Part shown: in pieces, positions 8,760-15,780 of the stretch
How the letters are laid out: each line of letters opens with the position of its first letter
Numbering within the stretch: position 1 is the stretch's first letter
Assembly: GCA_036170245.1 (NCBI GenBank)
Contig: JAVHOV010000002.1
Coordinates: 42,338 to 60,661 of the forward strand
Origin: an archaeon
Lineage (GTDB): Archaea > Iainarchaeota > Iainarchaeia > Iainarchaeales > JAAZKV01
Length of the DNA stretch: 18,324 nucleotides
Direction of reading: 5' to 3'
Notes under the pieces: model-generated
What the model saw: only the letters and a program-made list of their open reading frames with translations
What the model was told of the DNA's origin: nothing
Database searches by the model: none
Program-made: the position numbers and the translations under genes

Positions 8760-8926
8760 TTCATCAATAATTCTTTTTTTGATGGAGTTTTTAATTTCTG
8801 TGCAACCAATTTGCCGGCGTTAAAATCCATTGCAATTGCATCGCCCTGAACAAGGCCAAGACTTTCTCGTATTTTTTGCGGAACAACTAATTGTCCTCTT
8901 GCACCCATTATAGCAACTTCAACCAT
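8654..8926 (-). CDS. AbrB/MazE/SpoVT-family DNA-binding antitoxin
   Basis: MGARGQLVVPQKIRESLGL..GD.I signature; upstream of and overlapping the PIN gene. Confidence 0.92.
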   Translation of the reverse strand: MVEVAIMGARGQLVVPQKIRESLGLVQGDAIAMDFNAGKLVAQKLKTPSKKELLMKWNEMVKEGNKRVTSLGIKEEDVVDIIHRRRKMKD

Positions 8927-8957
8927 TTTTCAATCACTACCAATACTTGTTGCAGAA

Positions 8958-8969
8958 CTTATTAATAAG
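8958..8969. promoter_or_regulatory. Palindromic operator/TATA candidate for the AbrB-PIN pair
   Basis: Perfect 12-bp palindrome CTTATTAATAAG about 32-43 nt upstream of the AbrB ATG. Confidence 0.45.
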
Positions 8970-9060
8970 ATTATCTGAAAGTAAGAAACTCTGATTTAAT
9001 GTAAAAAAGGCAAATAAATAAAAAAAATATAATTATAGAAAAATTAAAAAAAGATTTTAA

Positions 9061-9220
9061 GTTTGAGGAAATCCTCAAACCAAAATTAAAACTAAACTAG
9101 CTTATTTATCCTTCCAAAAGCGCCTTGTTAAGGTGTTGCAAACAAAGTTTGCGATACTTCGCAAAAGCAAAAGCTTTTGTTTAGTGCGCGAAAGAATTTA
9201 TAGTGTCTTTCGACACTATA
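9061..9220. other. Cluster of five hairpins downstream of rps10 (terminator/stability region or ncRNA)
   Basis: Stems 9061-9068/9073-9080, 9123-9126/9130-9133, 9134-9143/9147-9156, 9161-9168/9173-9180, 9199-9207/9212-9220; T-rich tract follows on the minus strand. Confidence 0.55.
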
Positions 9221-9238
9221 GAAAACTAATTAGAATAT

Positions 9239-9547
9239 TCATCCTTTCAAATCGATTTCAAGTTGAACGTTTTCTGGGATTTCTACTCTCATAACTCTTT
9301 TCAAAGTTCGTTCGTCTGCTTGGATATCAATTATTCTTTTGTGGATTCTCATTTGCCATTGTTCGTAGGATTCAGTTCCCCCACCACATGGGCCTTTTCT
9401 TGTAGCAATACATAGTTTCTTAGTAGGTAATGGAATTTTTCCAGAGTGTTTTGCTCCAGTCTTTTCCGCAACATCTACAATTCTGTTGCATATATCCTCT
9501 AATGTATCAAAACTAGTACTACTTAACTTTATTCTTGCTGTCTGCAT
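9239..9547 (-). CDS. rps10: 30S ribosomal protein uS10
   Basis: ARIKL.S, G.IPLPTK, TRK.PCG.G..SY.QWQMRIHKRIIDI; GAGGGTG RBS supports ATG 9547. Confidence 0.98.
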   Translation of the reverse strand: MQTARIKLSSTSFDTLEDICNRIVDVAEKTGAKHSGKIPLPTKKLCIATRKGPCGGGTESYEQWQMRIHKRIIDIQADERTLKRVMRVEIPENVQLEIDLKG

Positions 9548-9579
9548 CAAAACACCCTCTTCTCCATAAATATAATGCT

Positions 9580-9639
9580 CTAAAGGACTTCTAGTCCTTT
9601 AGGCAAAGGACGGAAATCGGAAAAAACTCCGACCCCCGC
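9580..9639 (-). promoter_or_regulatory. Two-hairpin RNA element between EF-1alpha and rps10
   Basis: 13-bp stem 9639-9627/9622-9610 with five G-U pairs on the mRNA strand; 10-bp perfect stem 9602-9593/9589-9580. Confidence 0.55.
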
Positions 9640-9677
9640 TTTCTAATTGTTTTTAGGTTTAAACCTTCACTTGCATT

Positions 9678-10943
9678 TTAGGCTTTTTCTATTTCTAGAA
9701 CTACTCCTGCAGCTACAGTTTGACCCATATCTCTGATTGCGAATCTACCCATTTGTGGGAATTCTGAGAATTTTTCTATACATACTGGTTTAGCTGGTGT
9801 AATCTTTACGATTGCAGCATCTCCAGTCTTTAAGAACTTTGGATTCTCTTCAACAACTACTCCAGTCTTAGGATCCATTCTCTTTCTTAGTTCAGTCAAA
9901 GTCATTGACATTTGTACTGTGTGTACGTGGAACACTGGTGTGTACCCTACAGGTATTGCTGTTGGGTGGTTCAACACAACAATTTGTGCTACGAATGACT
10001 TAGCAACTGTTGGTGGGCTAGTTACGCTTCCAACAACATCTCCTCTTGACATATCTTCAGCACTCAATCCTCTGATTGAGAATCCGATATTGTTTCCAGG
10101 CTTTGCCATTTGTAATTGTATGTGGTGTTCTTCTAAAGTCTTAATTTCTCCAGTTTTTCCTGAAGGCATTACTATAACTTTATCACCAGGTTTTACAGTT
10201 CCTGTTTCTACTCTTCCAACAGGGATTGCTCCAACACCTTTGATGTTATAAACATCTTGTAAAGGTATTCTTAATGGCTTATCAACTGGTGAAGGTGGTG
10301 CTTGTAAATTATCTAAAGTATCTAACAAACTCTTTCCAGTGTACCATTTCATGTTTTCAGTTTTCTTAACAACATTGTCCCCTCTCCATGATGAGATTGG
10401 AACTACTTTAATATTGTCTGGCTTGTATCCAATACCAGTTAACAACTTAGTAACATCTGCAGCTAGTACTTTGAATTTAGCTTCATCATAGTTAATTGAA
10501 TCCATTTTGTTCATTGCAACAACGATTTGCTTTATTCCCATTACTTGTGCTAAAAATGCGTGTTCTTTTGTCTGTGGCTGAATTCCACTTTCTGCAGCTA
10601 CAACTAAAACAGCTACATCAGCTTGACTTGTTCCTGTTATCATGTTCTTAACAAAGTCCTTGTGTCCAGGAGCATCGATAATTGTGAATTGGTGGTTCTT
10701 AGCATCAAATCTCTTGTAAGAAACATCGATTGTAATTCCTCTTTCTCTTTCTTCTTTTAAGTTATCCATTACATAAGCAAATACGAAAGTTCCTTTTCCT
10801 CTTGATTTTGCTTCTTCTTCAAGTTTTCTATATTCCTGTTCAGATAGAGCTCCTCCATCGTAGAGTAATCTTCCAACAGTTGTTGATTTACCTGCATCAA
10901 CGTGTCCAATGAAAACAACGTTAATTAATTCTTTTTCAGCCAT
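9678..10943 (-). CDS. tuf: Translation elongation factor EF-1alpha (421 aa)
   Basis: GHVDAGKST, ERERGITID, DAPGHKDF.KNMITG, NKMD, GRVETG, GRFAIRDMGQTVA; GGAGG RBS at 10952-10956 supports ATG 10943. Confidence 0.99.
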   Translation of the reverse strand: MAEKELINVVFIGHVDAGKSTTVGRLLYDGGALSEQEYRKLEEEAKSRGKGTFVFAYVMDNLKEERERGITIDVSYKRFDAKNHQFTIIDAPGHKDFVKNMITGTSQADVAVLVVAAESGIQPQTKEHAFLAQVMGIKQIVVAMNKMDSINYDEAKFKVLAADVTKLLTGIGYKPDNIKVVPISSWRGDNVVKKTENMKWYTGKSLLDTLDNLQAPPSPVDKPLRIPLQDVYNIKGVGAIPVGRVETGTVKPGDKVIVMPSGKTGEIKTLEEHHIQLQMAKPGNNIGFSIRGLSAEDMSRGDVVGSVTSPPTVAKSFVAQIVVLNHPTAIPVGYTPVFHVHTVQMSMTLTELRKRMDPKTGVVVEENPKFLKTGDAAIVKITPAKPVCIEKFSEFPQMGRFAIRDMGQTVAAGVVLEIEKA

Positions 10944-10984
10944 TTTACATTCCTCCAATGAATCTTAATCGCATACTTTAATTA

Positions 10985-11080
10985 GCGTCGAAGCAAAATT
11001 CTACTGAATTTTGCGCGACCCGTAAAACCAGGTTTTACTCGGTCACTCCGCGACTTTTAGCCATTCACCGGCAACGCATT
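10985..11080 (-). promoter_or_regulatory. GC-enriched multibranch 5' leader RNA of EF-1alpha
   Basis: Helices 11077-11072/10990-10985, 11046-11041/11020-11015, 11038-11032/11028-11022 and 11014-11006/11001-10993; G-U pairs form only on the sense strand. Confidence 0.55.
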
Positions 11081-11103
11081 ATACAAATTCTCCCTTAGAA
11101 ACC

Positions 11104-11111
11104 TTTTAAAA
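11104..11111 (-). promoter_or_regulatory. TATA box for EF-1alpha-rps10
   Basis: TTTTAAAA followed by GGTTTC; the same AAAAGGTTTC string lies upstream of rps12. Confidence 0.55.
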
Positions 11112-11152
11112 CCATCCGTTAAATCGAGAAAAATTTGTAGAATGAGGAATTA

Positions 11153-11917
11153 TTAGTTAGTACTTATTACTGCAAAAGGAATTTCATTTCCTTCTTCCCA
11201 GCAAGTAGTTATGAAATCCACATCATTGTAAAAAGAATTCTTAAAAATATCTTTTAAATTTACATGAGGCGCCCCAACCCAAACTTTTGGTATACCATTT
11301 GGATATGTAAGAACCCATTTTGCTTGATACATATTCACCCAATCATACTGCTCAGCCATTGAATCAACTAAATAATCATCTAATTTAAGTTGAAGAATAC
11401 TTCCATCAATTCCATTAACATCAATTGATTTACCAACAGCCAGTTCTATTGTTCCTTTTATTTGCTGACAAAGTGGTTTTGCAGGTAATTTTACAAGGGA
11501 ATAATTTATTACTGCTTTTTCTTTTGAAGAAACTACTGCGCACTTATAATCAATTGGATAATAATCTCCTACTACTACCGCAACATAATTCTTCCAAGCT
11601 TCTAACTTAATTTCTGCAATTCCGTTTGAATTTGTATTTACAATTATAGGCTTAGCTGACAAGTTGAGAGAACAAACATCTAATTTAGATTCAGTAAAAT
11701 TTACTTGAGCTCCTTCAATAAACCAACCAGTATTTGCATCAGTTACATAGACTTGCAAATATCCATTTTCAATTGGAACTACCCCGCAATCAATAGAACA
11801 TGTTTGTGAAGTTTCAGTTCCATTACACATTCCATCTCCGCAAGTTGGAACTTGAGTGCATCCAAAAAATAAGAATAAAGAAAGAACTAATAAAAAAATT
11901 AAACCTAACTGTTTCAT
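11153..11917 (-). CDS. Secreted/lipoprotein-like surface protein
   Basis: Signal peptide ending FFGC; Cys-rich CGDGMC..TET..TCSIDC module; carboxypeptidase-regulatory-like beta-sandwich (LQVYVTD..TG..IEGA.V...TNSNG). Confidence 0.75.
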   Translation of the reverse strand: MKQLGLIFLLVLSLFLFFGCTQVPTCGDGMCNGTETSQTCSIDCGVVPIENGYLQVYVTDANTGWFIEGAQVNFTESKLDVCSLNLSAKPIIVNTNSNGIAEIKLEAWKNYVAVVVGDYYPIDYKCAVVSSKEKAVINYSLVKLPAKPLCQQIKGTIELAVGKSIDVNGIDGSILQLKLDDYLVDSMAEQYDWVNMYQAKWVLTYPNGIPKVWVGAPHVNLKDIFKNSFYNDVDFITTCWEEGNEIPFAVISTN

Positions 11918-12001
11918 AATAAAGATAACAACAAGGGAACTATATAAATTTACCTTAAAGATATTTTAGAATCTAAAGATAAAAAAACTTAAAAAAAGAT
12001 T

Positions 12002-12031
12002 TTAGTAAAGGGAACTTTATCCCTTTACTAA
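12002..12031 (-). terminator. Hairpin plus T-tracts downstream of EF-2
   Basis: 12-bp stem TTAGTAAAGGGA/TCCCTTTACTAA with 6-nt loop, followed on the minus strand by two T7 runs. Confidence 0.6.
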
Positions 12032-12043
12032 TTAAACTAAACT

Positions 12044-14239
12044 TTATTCTAAAAAGAACTGCCAATTCTTCATTTCTTCTGGCATTCCTTTTCTCTTTCG
12101 GATTTCTTTTGTTGTTGCTAATTGAAGTTCTCTTGGAAGTAATTCGTATCCGTAGTATTCTCCGGTCCAAACTGCTCTTCCTTGTGTTGCGCCTCTCATA
12201 GCTGAAGAGAATCCAATTAATTCCTTAACTGGAGCTTTTCCAATTATAATTGATGAATCTCCTTCTTGACGCATTTCAGTAATTTGTACTCTTCTTCCAC
12301 CAAGTTCTCTTGAAGCTGAACCCATCTGGTCTTCTGGTACTGTTATTGTTAGTAATTGTTTTGGTTCAAATAGACTAGTTCCTGCTTGTAACATGCATGC
12401 ATATATTCCTCTTGTCATGCATGGCAAGATTTGTGCTGGTCCTCTGTGGATTGAGTCTTCGTGAAGAGTTGCATCTTCAAGCTCTACCATTACACCTTGG
12501 CACTTTTCTTTTGCAAGTGGCCCTTCAGCCATTGCATCTTTGAAAGCTTGTATTACAAGTTCTCTAATTTCGTGCAGTGCTGAAATTCCTCTTGTTCTGT
12601 CAATTAAAACATTCATTCCTTCAACAGCCCAAACTTTCTTTGAGTCATCAGTGTCAAATCCATATTCTTGCAATTTAGCAATTGATTCAGCATTCTTGAA
12701 TTTTACTTTTGCATTGAATGGCTTCTCAGCTAATTTATCATAAATTTCCTGAGGAACAGGGTGCACGCGTAGTTTAAATTTATTGTGTTTGTTTGGAGAT
12801 TTTGCTTCCAATATTTCACTCTCTGTTGCTATTCCTTCATGGTAAACAACAATTGGTGCTGAAGTTTGAATTTCAATCTTAGCGTTATTAGTAATTCTGT
12901 ATGTGTTTACTTCTAAGTGTAGTTCTCCCATTCCACTCAACAAGTGTTCTCCAGTTTCCTGGTTAATTGTTGTTCGTAAATTAGGATCTTCTTTTGAAAG
13001 TTTGTGTAAAACTTCAATTAACTTAGGCAAATCTTTTGGATTCTTTGCTTCAATTGAAACTGTCATAACTGGTTCAGCGTTACTCATAAAACTTTCAAAT
13101 GGTTTAAGCTCTTTATCAGTTGCAACTGTTTCACCAGCGTAAACATCTTTTGATCCAACTATTGCAGCAATATTTCCTGCTTCTGCTTTAGAAATTGAAA
13201 CAAAGTCGTGTCCCATATACACTCCAACTTTTTGTACTTTTATTTCTTTATGAGAACCTAATAAATAAACTATATCACCAGGGTGCAAAGTTCCAGAGTA
13301 TATTCTTCCAGTAGCAACATCTCCTGCGTGTGGATCAACTGATACATCAGTTACAACCATTGAGATTGGTCCTGACTGGTTGCATGCTTGCATTGCTTTT
13401 GCAATTGGAGTTTCCATTTCTCCGCCCCAAATTTTTTGTATTCTGTAATTTTGAGCAGTCATTGGATTTGGCAAGTGTTCAATTACCATCTGTAGTACAA
13501 CTTCGTGTACTGGAGATAATTTTGCAAGTTCATCCTGCTGATCGTTCTTTAAGTATTCATAAACTTGTTTGAAGTTTATTCCTGATTTTTGCATGTATGC
13601 GGCACTTACTCCCCACTTTCTTTTAGCAGATCCGAATGCAACAGTTCCTTTCTGGATACTTACTTGCCATTCTTGCTTGAATTGTTCAGGAGCATTTCTT
13701 TCAATTAAAGTATTTACTTTTGCAATTACTTTAATGAATTTTTCCTGCATCTGCTGTTCAGTAGCATTTAATTCTTTAATAATTCTGTCAACCTTGTTGA
13801 TGAATAAAACTGGTCTAACATATTCTCTCAAAGCTTGTCTTATTACGGTTTCAGTTTGTGGCATTACTCCTTCAACTGCATCAACTAATAATATTACTCC
13901 GTCAACAGCTCTCATTGCTCTAATTACTTCTCCAGTAAAGTCAACGTGTCCAGGAGTATCAATTAAGTTTACTAAGTATTTTTGGTTCTTCCAATCAAAT
14001 CCTAGTGAAATATTAGCAGCATTAATCGTAATTCCTCTTTCCTGTTCCTGATCTTCATAATCCATCATCTGCATTTCTCCAGCTAATGCTGAGTTAATTA
14101 ATCCTGCAGCTGCAATCAAAGAATCAGACAATGTTGTCTTACCGTGATCAATGTGGGCAACAGTCCCAATATTTCTAATATTTGCTCTATTTGACATTAA
14201 ACCTTCTACTGTTTCAACCATCGCTTCTGTTCTGCCCAT
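12044..14239 (-). CDS. fusA: Translation elongation factor EF-2 (archaeal)
   Basis: AHIDHGKTT, QERGITI, DTPGHVDF, NKVDR, GMGELHLE, LHEDSIHRGPAQ (diphthamide His); AGGTGA RBS. Confidence 0.99.
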   Translation of the reverse strand: MGRTEAMVETVEGLMSNRANIRNIGTVAHIDHGKTTLSDSLIAAAGLINSALAGEMQMMDYEDQEQERGITINAANISLGFDWKNQKYLVNLIDTPGHVDFTGEVIRAMRAVDGVILLVDAVEGVMPQTETVIRQALREYVRPVLFINKVDRIIKELNATEQQMQEKFIKVIAKVNTLIERNAPEQFKQEWQVSIQKGTVAFGSAKRKWGVSAAYMQKSGINFKQVYEYLKNDQQDELAKLSPVHEVVLQMVIEHLPNPMTAQNYRIQKIWGGEMETPIAKAMQACNQSGPISMVVTDVSVDPHAGDVATGRIYSGTLHPGDIVYLLGSHKEIKVQKVGVYMGHDFVSISKAEAGNIAAIVGSKDVYAGETVATDKELKPFESFMSNAEPVMTVSIEAKNPKDLPKLIEVLHKLSKEDPNLRTTINQETGEHLLSGMGELHLEVNTYRITNNAKIEIQTSAPIVVYHEGIATESEILEAKSPNKHNKFKLRVHPVPQEIYDKLAEKPFNAKVKFKNAESIAKLQEYGFDTDDSKKVWAVEGMNVLIDRTRGISALHEIRELVIQAFKDAMAEGPLAKEKCQGVMVELEDATLHEDSIHRGPAQILPCMTRGIYACMLQAGTSLFEPKQLLTITVPEDQMGSASRELGGRRVQITEMRQEGDSSIIIGKAPVKELIGFSSAMRGATQGRAVWTGEYYGYELLPRELQLATTKEIRKRKGMPEEMKNWQFFLE

Positions 14240-14262
14240 TAAATCACCTATAAAAAAAATTA

Positions 14263-14341
14263 TTTCTCATTAACCCAAAAATAATCAAGTTAACTGAGAA
14301 AATAAAAATAATTCCTCGCAAAAAAGTATAAACTTTTTTGC
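14263..14341. other. Two hairpins in the rps7-EF-2 spacer
   Basis: GCAAAAAAGT-ataa-ACTTTTTTGC (14318-14341); bulged stem 14263-14274/14289-14301. Confidence 0.5.
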
Positions 14342-14358
14342 AAAGAGTAAAATTGCTT

Positions 14359-15144
14359 TCATCTTGAAGATTTTGCAATTCTTTCAACTTCATCTTTTCT
14401 CTTTATTGACATACTTTTAATATCATTGCTTGCTGCAGCCATTATTTCATCAGCTAAAGCTTGTGCTGCTGTTACTTTTTTATTAAATGATGAACCAAAT
14501 CCACCTAAAGCTAAATTCTTTATAGCTTCATCTAATCTTTTTAATGGAGCTAAGTCAACAGCCAAAGTGTAAGATACTCCACCTTTTTTTACTCTTGTTA
14601 CATCTTCTCTTGGTGCTGAGTTTTCTAGAGCCTTAACAAAAACTTGAATTGGATTTTGTTTTAATTGTTTTTCAATTATTTCAAAAGCATCTTCAATAAT
14701 TTTAACTGCTTCAATTTTCTTTCCGCAAGATCCTCGTCCTCTAATAACTTTTCCAGACAATTTTCTTTTTCCTTGCCCTGATCTCATTATTTTGTTAATT
14801 AATCTTTCAACAATATTCAAATTTTGTCTTTCGAATCTTCCTCTTGTCTTTCTTCCGAATGAATGTGGAACAACAACAGGATCTAAGTTAATGTATCTAA
14901 CTAAACTCAAATCAGTTACTACTACATCATCAAATGACCATCTGTTAAATAATTTGTAATCAGCGAATTGAGATCTTTTTTTAACAAAAACACTTTTCAC
15001 TTTTTCTTTAGTAGCTTCTACTGGTGCATCTTTGCTAAATTCTTTTTTTACTTGAACTTTAGCTTCTTTTGCAACAGGTGCTTTTGCTTCTACATTAGCT
15101 GCCACTTTTGGAGCTTCAACTTTTGATTCAATTTTTTGTTCCAT
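14359..15144 (-). CDS. rps7: 30S ribosomal protein uS7 with ~60-aa N-terminal extension
   Basis: KLF.RW, PHSFGR, IVERLINKIM, NPIQV.V.A.EN.APRED.TR, AVD.AP..R.D.A, K.DE.ERIA.S.R. Confidence 0.97.
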   Translation of the reverse strand: MEQKIESKVEAPKVAANVEAKAPVAKEAKVQVKKEFSKDAPVEATKEKVKSVFVKKRSQFADYKLFNRWSFDDVVVTDLSLVRYINLDPVVVPHSFGRKTRGRFERQNLNIVERLINKIMRSGQGKRKLSGKVIRGRGSCGKKIEAVKIIEDAFEIIEKQLKQNPIQVFVKALENSAPREDVTRVKKGGVSYTLAVDLAPLKRLDEAIKNLALGGFGSSFNKKVTAAQALADEIMAAASNDIKSMSIKRKDEVERIAKSSR

Positions 15145-15171
15145 CCTAAATCCACCCTATTATCTTAATAT

Positions 15172-15603
15172 TTATCTCTTAGACTTTTCTTTCTTTCCAG
15201 TTCTTAACATTTCTAATGCAATTCCGTTTACGTGAGTAACTCTGTACTTAACACCCCAAAGGTCTCCTTTTGGACCGTTTTGAGCTCCACCAAGTCCTTC
15301 AACAATTACTTCATCGTGTTCATCAATAAATTTTATTGCTCCATCATATGGTGCAAGTGCAGTCAGTTCTTTTCCATTTTTGATTAACTGAACTCTTACG
15401 CACTTTCTAATTCCTGAGTTTGGCTGCTTTGCTTCAACTCCTCTCTTTTCAAGTACAATTCCTTTACCTTGAGGAGATCCTTCAAGTAAGTCTTTGAAAA
15501 CATTATTCTTTGCTCTTGTTTTCTTAATGGATCTAACATCTTTCTTTATCCATTTTTGTCTCTTTCTTTCTAAACTTTTTCCTGCGAATTCTCCATTACC
15601 CAT
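15172..15603 (-). CDS. rps12: 30S ribosomal protein uS12 (archaeal S12/eukaryotic S23 type)
   Basis: [58 protein letters not shown]. Confidence 0.98.
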   Translation of the reverse strand: MGNGEFAGKSLERKRQKWIKKDVRSIKKTRAKNNVFKDLLEGSPQGKGIVLEKRGVEAKQPNSGIRKCVRVQLIKNGKELTALAPYDGAIKFIDEHDEVIVEGLGGAQNGPKGDLWGVKYRVTHVNGIALEMLRTGKKEKSKR

Positions 15604-15692
15604 CGTTAATCAACCTTTGACTTAAAATATTTAATTTTGTTCTAAGAGAATTGTTCTCTTTTAGCTCACCATTCTTACTAGAAACCTTAAAA

Positions 15693-15780
15693 GAAACCTT
15701 TTTAAATGAGGGGGGCTGACTCAAAATGAGTTATCACCACAAAGCATATATTCATTTTTGCTCATAATTCAGTCATGAGC
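15693..15780. promoter_or_regulatory. Divergent promoter region rps12 / Fic-like gene
   Basis: TTTAAAAA box (15706-15699, minus); AAATGAG at 15704 and 15724; inverted repeat GCTCAT-N9-ATGAGC (15760-15780) covering the Fic-like ATG. Confidence 0.45.

Noticed and set aside
9061..9238. tRNA gene after rps10, as found in some archaea
   Set aside because: No GTTCRA T-loop, D-loop GG or 7-bp acceptor stem on either strand.
12430..12470. Non-canonical EF-2 lacking the diphthamide site
   Set aside because: LHEDSIHRGPAQ retains the modifiable His and the HRG motif.
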